A stretch of DNA of 61,618 bases, filler included, from Stramenopiles sp. TOSAG23-3 (Eukaryota), in NCBI GenBank assembly GCA_900128585.1. It is 16 parts of 16 records of this genome, joined end to end, with 100 filler letters (N's around TTAATTAATTAA, not from the genome) between each part and the next. Parts side by side here need not be neighbours in the genome. Positions count along the whole stretch, not along the records: positions 42,517 to 46,263 come from LT644091.1; positions 46,364 to 50,105 come from LT644092.1; positions 50,206 to 53,944 come from LT644093.1; positions 54,045 to 57,781 come from LT644094.1; 12 more parts are not named here. One strand, written 5' to 3'. Each line of letters starts with the position of its first letter. Position 1 is the stretch's first letter. The position numbers and the translations under genes were made by a program. The notes beneath the pieces were generated by a model. The model did not search any database and was not told the origin of the DNA. It saw only the letters and a list, made by a program, of their open reading frames with translations. This document shows, piece after piece, positions 44,352-54,442 of the stretch.

Positions 44352-46016
44352 TCACTCGATGGCCACGTAAGAGACTGACGCCTCTGTCTCCACTTCTTCC
44401 TCTGTTGACCCCCGGAAACGTGCCCTCTTCCGCAGGCACGTGCATTGAATCATTTCTTCCTCGTTGTCCGGGTCGTATTTCTCCTTTTCTACGTTTATAT
44501 ACTTGGCAAGGGTAAAGTATATGACCGCCCCCCACATGACAAACAAGGCCATGCAGATGAGGACCAGAACAGTGTACCCATCTGCGTACGGGTTGCACAT
44601 TCCCGTTTCACCGTTCNNNNNNNNNNNNNNNNNNNNNNNNNNNNNNNNNNNNNNNNNNNNNNNNNNNNNNNNNNNNNNNNNNNNNNNNNNNNNNNNNNNN
44701 NNNNNNNNNNNNNNNNNNNNNNNNNNNNNNNNNNNNNNNNNNNNNNNNNNNNNNNNNNNNNNNNNNNNNGCGACGGGCGTCATTCTCGACGTTTGCGCCC
44801 CAATGATTTGCTCCATCACGTACTCAAAAGGCATGGCGCTTGTGTCAACCCCTACACGAAACGGGAATACCCAGGGCTCGCACTCGTTTGAACCCCCGAG
44901 CCAGGAAGATAGGCACGATTGGTCGTAGCCTGCATTTTTTTCCGTTTGTAAGTACGGGACAAAAAACACCGAAGAAAATTCTAAAAGCGACGCAATCAGG
45001 AACATGGTCAGCCCCAAGGGCATTTTTCGTATGGGGTCGAGCTTTGCAGTGTAGATGGACACGGCGTAAAAGCATACAAAGTTGGGCAACATGGAGATGT
45101 ACCCCATGGCAGAGAAGTCGTCCTTTGTCCAGCCGCGATGCCGCTGGTCTCTGCTAGAGTCGATAACCTTTCCTAATCCCATCTGCCACGTGGCTGAAAT
45201 AAAACACAGCGCCAGCGTTCGTTTGTTGCGAAGCAGCCGGAACATCCCCTTGTAGGTGTCCCATAACGTGTAACCCGGGCCCGACTTCGTTCCAGTTTCT
45301 GGGACTCGCAGGACGACAGCACATGTAATCAAGTTGGCGGCGGCTATGGCGTATAGCGCTGTTTGGAAACCCGTAGCCTCCTTCGACACACCAATCAACA
45401 CCGGGTCAAGAGTTCGTCGGCCAAACCTTGGGCCAAAACTGCCGGCCACACCAGCATACGCTATGTTCGGCCCGATCAGTGCCGCCACGGCCAAACCGTC
45501 GAGGGCAACGTCGCCCACCGCGGTAAAGAAGCTCATCGGTATGAGGAGCCAAATCAAAAAGTCAATGTCCGGACATTTCTCTTCGTGCTGGAAAACAATG
45601 CTGTCCCAATTCCATGCGAGCAAAAACAAAAATAGCGAAGAAATCACCTGGCAAATGATTAGCCAGGAACGCCTATGGTAGGGTGCAGACCCAAAAGGCT
45701 TGAAGTGGTCTACGAGTGGAGCAACAAAGAGCTGTAACAGCAGTGGCAGCTTTATCAGTGCCAACTTGTCGTCGATGCCTCGTTCGTCTTCGCAATACTT
45801 GGTCTCAAACGTTATGTTTTTTTTTGTTGCAGATACAACCGCATGGACAGTTCCTTGCATAATGTACGTCCATAGTAATAGGGCGAAACGTCCCTTTTGG
45901 CTCCATATATTTGGTTCTTCAAGAAGGTGCTTGGGCCCGTACTCCAGGTCTACCGTCTCTTTGTCCGAGAGAAGTTTTGTGGCGTACACGGCGCTTTTCT
46001 CTTTGCTTGTTGCCAT
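44352..46016 (-). CDS. MFS transporter, acetyl-CoA transporter AT-1/AmpG family (internal N gap)
   Basis: YIMQG, LPLLLQLFVAPLVD, RRSWLIICQ, AVGDVALDGLAV, C...DGY near C-terminus; first ATG at 46016. Confidence 0.82.
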   Translation of the reverse strand: MATSKEKSAVYATKLLSDKETVDLEYGPKHLLEEPNIWSQKGRFALLLWTYIMQGTVHAVVSATKKNITFETKYCEDERGIDDKLALIKLPLLLQLFVAPLVDHFKPFGSAPYHRRSWLIICQVISSLFLFLLAWNWDSIVFQHEEKCPDIDFLIWLLIPMSFFTAVGDVALDGLAVAALIGPNIAYAGVAGSFGPRFGRRTLDPVLIGVSKEATGFQTALYAIAAANLITCAVVLRVPETGTKSGPGYTLWDTYKGMFRLLRNKRTLALCFISATWQMGLGKVIDSSRDQRHRGWTKDDFSAMGYISMLPNFVCFYAVSIYTAKLDPIRKMPLGLTMFLIASLLEFSSVFFVPYLQTEKNAGYDQSCLSSWLGGSNECEPWVFPFRVGVDTSAMPFEYVMEQIIGAQTSRMTPVXXXXXXXXXXXXXXXXXXXXXXXXXXXXXXXXXXXXXXXXXXXXXXXXXXXXNGETGMCNPYADGYTVLVLICMALFVMWGAVIYFTLAKYINVEKEKYDPDNEEEMIQCTCLRKRARFRGSTEEEVETEASVSYVAIE

Positions 46017-46550
46017 TGTCCGAAACCGAAGGCAGAGTCTTTCGTTTGCTGGTGTTGTTGACAATGGATTTAAACCTTATTTCGTTCGTTCAATTCAATT
46101 CTTTAAAATTCGTTCTTTGCAATGTTTTATTTCTTCTTCTTCTTTTGTTTCTTTCAATTTGTTTCCTTCGTTTTTGTATACAGAATACGGGGCAAGTGTC
46201 CTTCCTTCCTTCCCCCGCGAATACCACTTCCTGTGCCGGCAGCCGGCACCACCATGGGGGGGGNNNNNNNNNNNNNNNNNNNNNNNNNNNNNNNNNNNNN
46301 NNNNNNNTTAATTAATTAANNNNNNNNNNNNNNNNNNNNNNNNNNNNNNNNNNNNNNNNNNNNCGAAAAAAGAAGACAAGTGAAATGTTTGTTGTACTAC
46401 TTTTAACGAAAACTCAGTCGTCAGGCATCTATTCATTTTATTCTAGACTTATCTAGTAGTCGGAGAACGTGCAACCTAGAAAAACCAGCGTGTGTTTTCG
46501 CGTCAGAGTTTGCTTTATTTTTTGTGACCAAACACGTGACCTCAGTGGAA

Positions 46551-49500
46551 ATGAGCTTTAGAAAGAAAAAAAAGAGAGGTGGCCAAAGGCAATCCAACTA
46601 CAACCCCGCGTTTGAAATCGAAGGCGCAAAAGGACAAGAATTGAATCCTATATTTGAAAACAACCAAGAAAGTGAACGAGGAAGTCGTAGCGGTACGTTT
46701 AGTTCGGAGCCAAGAAATGTTTCTCTGGACGATATCGGGACAGTGTCCGACGTGACAATTGCCGACCATAAAATTGTTGACACTGACCGGGAGCACTTGG
46801 AGTTTAAGCTGAAAATTGTTGTTTGCGCAGAAGGGGATGACGTTTGCCTTTACATTTGGAAACGTTGGACTGATTTTGTTGATCTGGGGAAAAGATTAAA
46901 GAAAATATTTCCTGGGTCAAATTTTCCAGAGCTAGTTAAGCCAAGAAGAGGTATCACTCAAGGCAAGTTCGACTTGAGGTACGTCGCTGTAAAAAAAGAA
47001 GCACTGCAAAAGTTCCTCGACGGTCTCTTCGATTCGCCCGGCGTCGTGCGGTGTGATGAGTTCGTTGACTTTGTAACGTCAAGCGGTAGTAAAGTGACAA
47101 CTGAAGAAGAGGAAATGGTTACGCTTAGTGCTATTACCAAGATTTTGGCGAACGAGTCATTTACGGAAGTTACGATTCGGCCCGGGTGTGTCCACACCGT
47201 TACGGTGACCGTCACAGGCACCGATAAACTAGTTGTGTGGGAGTTCAAATCAGAAACGTATGACATGGGTTGTAGTGTAAAATTAAAGCCTTCTGTTGCA
47301 AATTCATCTACAAGCGTTGTCATGCCCCTCAGTCGGTATGCATCACATAACAAAATGATACAGCTGACGTACCAAACCCCATGCCCAGGGGACGTGACTT
47401 TAGAGTTCGACAACACCTATTCAAAGATACGAGCGAAAGACATGAAATACCGTCTCAGGATCATTGATAAAGGCACCGCTGACAAGGCACTGGAAGTCCT
47501 GTACAATGACTATATTGAGCAGACAGCAAAGCTAGCCGAGGTAGAGCCTGAGAGCTCACAAAATTCACCCAACGTGGGAGAAACAACGGTAGGCGATACC
47601 AACTCGCCAGTCCTTGTGTCACAAGAAATTGACTCCGAAGATAGTATATCCACTTTCAGTATGTCTAGTTCAATAAAGCAAAGGCAGGCTAGGAATCGTT
47701 CAAGGAACCGTTCCAGTGCGGTCAGGATGAAACGCGGGTCTATATTTGACCGCCCTACAGTTTTGGCAGCAGATGTGGAGAAAGAGTCAGTGGACAGCAA
47801 CGATCACAACGCCCAAGGTGGAAGCGCTGACGTTCGTGTCAACGCAATAAAGGGTTTGTCTGGTTCAAAAAAGATTTCCACGGCAAGCGCAAAAGATCAA
47901 CGTCTTCACCGTGATCTGGACGCCCTTCGAAAAGAAAATGAGACGAACAAAGTCAGTCTGCTGGAAGCAGATCATGAAATTGAGCTGCTGCACCGTCGCA
48001 TACATGAACTCGAATCAGAATTCGATGAAGTTATGGACACTTCCAGGAAACGAAAAGATGATGTAGCTCGCCTGGAATCTGCAAACGTCGCGCTGTGCGA
48101 AGAAAGCGACAATGCAACGGAAAAAATGTTAGAAGCTGAAAAACGGGCGGAGGAAGCAGAGCGTTTACACGAACTTTGCCTCGAAGAAACTGACCTACAT
48201 AAGCAGCAAATCAAGGAGCTGACCGAGCGCCTGATACAGTCCATGGAAGAGCACAACGAAGAGAAGAAAACATTGAATGAAGAGATCGAGCAATTGAAAG
48301 ACTTGGTCAAAGAGCATGAAGCCTCCCCGCAAAAAATAAAGCAGAGAATGGAAGTGGAGCATTCGCTGAGGTTGCAAGCGGAAGCGGAAGCAGTCGCTGC
48401 CAAGAATACTGCGGCAAAATGTAGATCGGAATTAGATGATCACATCCGCATAATAAAGAAATTGTCGGCAAAGTTGATAAAGGTTTCGAATCAGAAAAAG
48501 ATTTTGATTAAAGCCGTTGAAAAATACCGACAGCAAGAAACGAAGACTAATGATGTGGACGTAGTTCCGAATCCAAATTATAGTAAAAAGGATGCAAGGA
48601 AGGCATCAGGAAAGGGGCGATTATCAGCGATTGTTGACCCGCAATCTTTGCAATTAGGGCACATAAAGCTGAGAGCTACGGACCCCCGAGCACAGAGGCT
48701 CACCGAAATGGTTCGCCGCGGGGTAAGCTTCCAAGTGCAGGGCAATAATGACAGCGAAGAGGATGGGCGCCGACACACTACGGGGGGGCTGCAAGATGAG
48801 GTAGCAAATGCCGCGTTGTTTGCAGCGACAACGGGAAGACCGACAACTGAGCAAAAACGCAGTGCAACGGCTGCTTCAACAGCCCACCCAGAAGACACGC
48901 GACGAAACACTCCAATATTTTCGGATGAAATGTTGAAGAAAGGTCCGCCGCAAGCGTCGCCTCAAAGTTCGCCTCGGAGTAGGGGTAAGAGAAGGAGTAC
49001 TACACAAGTCCTGCTTGATTCATTTTCGCAAAGCGGCGCGTCTGGTGTTGTGAAAAAAATATCAGAGCAAGGCCCAGCCATAATAAATGGCATGATAGAT
49101 GATTTAGGGACAACTTTAAATATTACCGGCCAAAAGAGCCGGGCTCCAGAGAAAGTAAAAGTTGTTAAAAAGTCCATCGACTGGGGGCCACTGGGGACTC
49201 GTGAAATGTCTTTGCTTATTCAGAAACACATCTGCAAAGGCAATGACGCTCATCGGAAAGCTGTTTACAATATCTGGGGGCATATACTGGACCACAAACC
49301 CCTAGAAGAAATACAGAAAGTTCACCCTGGTGGAATAGAAATTTCTCGGATCCCATTGAAGCACGCCATGGCCTTTCTGGACGTGTTTATACCCCATATG
49401 AGAGCGTCCAGAACCGATATGACTTTCAAGGCACAATGGATCGATGCGAATACGAAATGGGGCACCAAAGGTGCAAACCGTGGAACGAAAATGTGGATGG

Positions 49501-49622
49501 GCAAAGTTGGGCATGTGGCGAGTTCAAAAAACAACTTGGTGCATGTTAGAATAGCAATGGGGGCAAGGAAAATTGACGAGGAACGCCCGCGTACACTGAG
49601 CAGTGGCCGTTATGACGACTGA
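46551..49622 (+). CDS. PX + GOLD + coiled-coil protein
   Basis: PX: IWKRWTDFVDL...FPEL...LQKFLDGL. GOLD: VVWEFKSETYDMG...PGDVTLEFDNTYSKIRAK. Long heptad region follows. Confidence 0.85.
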   Translation: MSFRKKKKRGGQRQSNYNPAFEIEGAKGQELNPIFENNQESERGSRSGTFSSEPRNVSLDDIGTVSDVTIADHKIVDTDREHLEFKLKIVVCAEGDDVCLYIWKRWTDFVDLGKRLKKIFPGSNFPELVKPRRGITQGKFDLRYVAVKKEALQKFLDGLFDSPGVVRCDEFVDFVTSSGSKVTTEEEEMVTLSAITKILANESFTEVTIRPGCVHTVTVTVTGTDKLVVWEFKSETYDMGCSVKLKPSVANSSTSVVMPLSRYASHNKMIQLTYQTPCPGDVTLEFDNTYSKIRAKDMKYRLRIIDKGTADKALEVLYNDYIEQTAKLAEVEPESSQNSPNVGETTVGDTNSPVLVSQEIDSEDSISTFSMSSSIKQRQARNRSRNRSSAVRMKRGSIFDRPTVLAADVEKESVDSNDHNAQGGSADVRVNAIKGLSGSKKISTASAKDQRLHRDLDALRKENETNKVSLLEADHEIELLHRRIHELESEFDEVMDTSRKRKDDVARLESANVALCEESDNATEKMLEAEKRAEEAERLHELCLEETDLHKQQIKELTERLIQSMEEHNEEKKTLNEEIEQLKDLVKEHEASPQKIKQRMEVEHSLRLQAEAEAVAAKNTAAKCRSELDDHIRIIKKLSAKLIKVSNQKKILIKAVEKYRQQETKTNDVDVVPNPNYSKKDARKASGKGRLSAIVDPQSLQLGHIKLRATDPRAQRLTEMVRRGVSFQVQGNNDSEEDGRRHTTGGLQDEVANAALFAATTGRPTTEQKRSATAASTAHPEDTRRNTPIFSDEMLKKGPPQASPQSSPRSRGKRRSTTQVLLDSFSQSGASGVVKKISEQGPAIINGMIDDLGTTLNITGQKSRAPEKVKVVKKSIDWGPLGTREMSLLIQKHICKGNDAHRKAVYNIWGHILDHKPLEEIQKVHPGGIEISRIPLKHAMAFLDVFIPHMRASRTDMTFKAQWIDANTKWGTKGANRGTKMWMGKVGHVASSKNNLVHVRIAMGARKIDEERPRTLSSGRYDD

Positions 49623-50205
49623 GCTGGTGTCTAGAATGAAGATAATAAAAAGAGTTTTTTTTTACTTAAATAGGGCACAGCATCAGAGACCAGTTGTCAT
49701 TTATTATATTATACGGGTAGGTACCCTACCGTACGGTGTCAACCTGCTTTGTCAGAAAAAAACAGCTTGTTGATGGTTATACTATTTCGAGAGGTAATAG
49801 TATTTTATTAAAATAGTCCTATTAATACAACTACTTACTGTTATATTATACTATCTATTATTTAGACACTACAATTAATAAATATTTAATAACAATCGGA
49901 ACAATGCTGCACGCTCGCTGCACATCAAATAAATTTTCTTCCGGTTTTTTTTTTCTTCCTGGTATCGGTACGGTAGTGTACACTACACTGTACTAACTCC
50001 TTGTAAATAATATAGTTAATAAAAATAAACCGAAGAAGAAAGAAGCGGTGACATTAATAAGGTAGGTAATATAATATAAAATACCAGGTACGGACGGACC
50101 CAGGTNNNNNNNNNNNNNNNNNNNNNNNNNNNNNNNNNNNNNNNNNNNNTTAATTAATTAANNNNNNNNNNNNNNNNNNNNNNNNNNNNNNNNNNNNNNN
50201 NNNNN

Positions 50206-50683
50206 CGGCAACAATAATTTTGGCGCTGGTGCTTCCGCTCTGGCTTCCGTAGCTTTCGACCTTCTTGACAACGTCCATGCCCTTAGTGACGTTTCCGAAG
50301 ACACAGTGTTTGCCATCCAACCAGTTGGTCTCAACAGTGCACAAAAAAAATTGACTTCCGTTGGTGTTTGGTCCGGCGTTGGCCATGGACAAAACACCTG
50401 CGCCAGTGTGCTTAAGCTTGAAGTTCTCATCTGCGAACTTTTCGCCGTAGATGGACTTACCACCAGTTCCGTTTTGGCGGGTGAAGTCCCCACCTTGGCA
50501 CATAAATTGAGTGATGACGCGGTGGAATGGGGAGCCTTTGTATCCGAAGCCTTTTTCACCGGTGCACAAAGCGCGGAAGTTCTCGGCGGTCTTTGGTACA
50601 ACGTCGGCACGAAGGGTCATTTCAATGCGACCTAGTGGGGCACCGTCAGCGGTGATATCGAAGAAGCAAACTGGGTTTGACAT
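50206..50683 (-). CDS. PPIA: Cyclophilin A-type peptidyl-prolyl isomerase, last residues cut by contig end
   Basis: [58 protein letters not shown]. Confidence 0.97.
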
Positions 50684-52302
50684 AGTGTTAAAGTAAAGTT
50701 AATGTGTTTTGGGTTTGTCGGGTTTTAATTCTTTGTTGTTTTGTGCGACTTCTTCCTTTCGTCCTTCTTCTTTCTTCCATTCCGCCATTTTCCAATACCA
50801 CACATATGGTAATGCACTCATTCAATCCCTTACATTCATAATTTAGTATAGGAATTGTGAATTCTACGACGGGAAAGAATCTCCATCCACGAGCGAGGAC
50901 GTTGATGCATCGGAATCATATCACAAATTAAGTATTTATTTATATTTTTTTCCCTTTCTTGTACTATAGTTGTAATTCTATAGTAATAATTATATACTAT
51001 AAATTATACGATCAAGTGTTGTATCTATTAGTACTCATTACATATAGTATAATAAAAATAATATATCCTTAATTTTTGAAGAGACGGAATTCGATCCCAA
51101 GAGAACCAGTGAATTCTGAAATGGACGGTTCTCAAGCGCGCGCAAAAAACTAACAGGTACATAGCATTGAAGTACGAAAAGTCAAATTATGACCTTGATT
51201 TTTGATAATGTTATATTCTTTTTCGGTACAAACGATACTTATGTTATTTATATCATTTATAAATATATTAAAATGTTAAAGACTTTAATTATCAATTGTA
51301 GGTTTCATTCACATCCGATATCCATTTTCTGAAAAACGCTTTCTTTTGTAAAAAAAAAAATTATTATTTCTTTAATTCCATTATATTTACCTGTAATTTG
51401 TTTTCAATTTCATAAATAAGACTAATAAAATAAGAATAATTTTTAGGATGTCAAAAGAAAGGAAGACCGATCGATGCCTGCCGCCTGCCTGTTGCCTGTG
51501 TGCCACTGTGCCTTCTCGAATTCTTCTTTTTATTTAACTATGTCGTACTTAAATGGAAATATAATAGTGTGTGTTTACTATCAGAGACAAGGACCAACCG
51601 AAGGCAATGCTGGTCTGCTTCGAGAAATAGTTCCTCCTCGTAATATTTTAACTATAACGAGTATACCATTTTAATGTACTAATAGAGTGAAAAATACATG
51701 TCCACATTGCTTGAATTCCTTAAACATTTTCCGAGATTACCGTATTTTATCATTCGCTGCGAAGTAGTAGATCGATCTCATATCTCAATAGAAACTATTT
51801 AAGGACTTAATCTATTTCAAAATTGCATCAGAATTCCAAAAACCCAATACAACAGTACGGTACGAACAGTCCGAATAGGGAGAAGCGAATTGAAATTCAA
51901 CGTTCATGAAATGAGTCGAAAAAATGCAAAGAGATAGGTTTTTTATAATTAAATACAAAAATGTATCCAACAAGTACAAACGAAGAACAAGGAAGAATTA
52001 TTTTCTTTCCTTCCAGTGCCACCCTTGGTACACCCCTTGTGGTTTTAATCCGTGAGGTGTCTTCCTTGACTAACTAATCCACTTTAAAATTCGCTCTTTT
52101 TTCACTATCATACGTATAAATTAGTCGTCTAAAATATGTTTATGAAAAAAATCTTGATAATACGTTGTCACTAGATTTTACAGTTGCATGATTTCACCAA
52201 CAATGACAAATTGTTCGTCTGTACACAACAAGTTTTTAAAAAAGGCAATCCATCCACTGACATTGCCTTTGTTGAAAAAACAATTGGTAGTTTTTTCTGT
52301 GC

Positions 52303-53944
52303 CTACGAACTAGACCTTTTCCCGCTGATCAATTGCTGCAATATATCTTTGGTGTACTTCAAACGCTTCGATATGTCTGTTCGTTTTGAGCGGGTGATGT
52401 CGTACAGCGAATGTGTCGAACGCTTCCCCTCTTTGTCTACGTACGTGACAAGCTTGGCTTGCGATGCAAGAATTATCTCCGTTTCATCGAAAAACGCTAC
52501 CTGCACCGTACGATTACTCATACGAAATAAAATAGCGTGGCGCGTCTTCACCCACTTCTTGACGTAAATCATGTCTCGGTCCCCGCTCCCAAACGCCCGG
52601 ACTTCCTTCTCTTCCCCGCTGACGGGGGATGAGCGATTGTCTTCCTGGCCATGAAGATAACTTTTGAAGTGCTTCAGTAGCGTGACCTTCTTGTTCAAAG
52701 ATACCGGAAAGTCGCTCAAGCGGTGCGTGAACCGCTGCGGTTCGGGGGAGGACAGGCCCACCAAATGGGCCTGGCGCGCCGCGCGCTGCGACGTTCGCTC
52801 CATGTACTCGAAAGTATCGTTGTCCGAAGACAAGATAATCTTGGTGGAATCGTTGAAGTACACGCCGATGCTTCCATTTGCAAGCATGTAACCAAGCCCA
52901 TACTTGCTAGTATAGTCTACCCATCGATTTACCCAGACGGATGGGGTGGCGTTCAAGTTCATCCCTGCCGTCTCCTTACATAGCGCATCTTCAAAGTTCT
53001 CAGTTTTCGTGGTCTCCCCGGACGCCATGGCAAAACTACGAGTCAGCTGCAAGTGCATGTTCTTCAGTGTGCCTAAACTTCGCGCGGTGTTGGAATTTCT
53101 ATTTTTGTTCTTCTCGCCCTTCTTCGCTTTGTTGCTACGTGGTGATGCTCCGCCAGTCGCGGGAGCAAGATCCTTAGTCGAGGCTGAGGTTTCTCCCGTC
53201 CCTGCCGCAGAGACCTGTGGAACCTCGTCGTAGTTGCCTTTTGGCGACACCTGACTCGGTACTAGTATTCCATCCTTAGCTTTTTTTGCCTCCCAGGCCA
53301 TGGTGCTCGACACGACTGGGGCCTTTACCCCCCGGCCAGACCCCTGCGAACCGTCTTTGACAGGTCTGGAGGAGCTCGCAGATGAGGGACGGTACTGTCC
53401 GCTGGAGTGTTTGCTGCTCGATTTACGGGATGGGGCGGCAGATGAAGGCCGGGTGGACGACTTTCGGCTCGCGCGGCGCTCCCCGTCGCGGGCGGCCTTG
53501 TCCGCCTTATTGTTTTCGTTGTGCTGCCCCAGCGGGCGTCGGCCGCCGGAGTCCCTGCTTAGGCGGACCTCTTTCCCGTCCGACGAAGCCCGGTTCTCGT
53601 TCCCAGCGTTCGAGCGCTCAATGTCATAAAAGTTTGGTTCCATGTGCAGTGCACTCACCGGAAGCATCTTGGGGATGACCGCGGAGTACCCGGTGAACCA
53701 CTCGTGGCACAGGATCTGGTCCAGCGTCGGCCGCTGGCCTGGGGTCAACTGCAAAATAGACTTCACGAGCGATTTTGCCTCGTTCGACACGTTTACGTGG
53801 CCAGGAAATTTGTAGTCTACGTGTTTGATCTTCTTGTACGTCGACTTTACGTCTTTTGTCTCAAACGGCGGCTTGCCAAAAAGCATGGTAAACATGATGA
53901 CCCCAAGGCTCCACACGTCCACTTCGAAGCTGTGCGAGTGGCCC
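52303..53944 (-). CDS. PLK1: Polo-like kinase, 5' truncated
   Basis: HSFEVDVWSLG..GKPPFET; polo boxes WVNRWVDYTSKYGLGY, GVYFNDST, KKVTLLKHF, WVKTRHAILFRMSNRTVQVAFFD. Confidence 0.95.
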
Positions 53945-54442
53945 NNNNNNNNNNNNNNNNNNNNNNNNNNNNNNNNNNNNNNNNNNNNTTAATTAATTAA
54001 NNNNNNNNNNNNNNNNNNNNNNNNNNNNNNNNNNNNNNNNNNNNTTAATAACAGGGATTTATAGCCGCGGCGTTAGGCGGAGTTAGGCGTGATAGGGCGG
54101 GGGTAGGAAAACAGGGGAGATTAATATCATCTGATGAACCCTTCTCTCTCTCTCCTTCCTCCCTCCCTCCTCTCTCCTCACCATCCATCCAAAATCATCT
54201 TCTTGAATGTCAAAAAATGAAAAGTCATTCATCTTTTTATCTCCTCTGCTTGCCACTGCTCGCTCTGCATTTCATTTTCAATAAATTTCGTATGTAAGCA
54301 AAAAATACACAATAGTCTCATATTTTTATAAACCCAACTTACCCAAGAACTTGTTTTCAATTTAAGAACAAAACTTACCCCAATTGGTACAGATTTGTGC
54401 AAAACGAGAAACGGAACCTTTAAGTTGTTGAGGTGCCCAACC

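Noticed and set aside
54045-54120. Degenerate TTAGGC/TAGGG telomere-like tract at contig start
   Set aside because: Irregular, with only two or three partial units; may be low-quality contig-end sequence.
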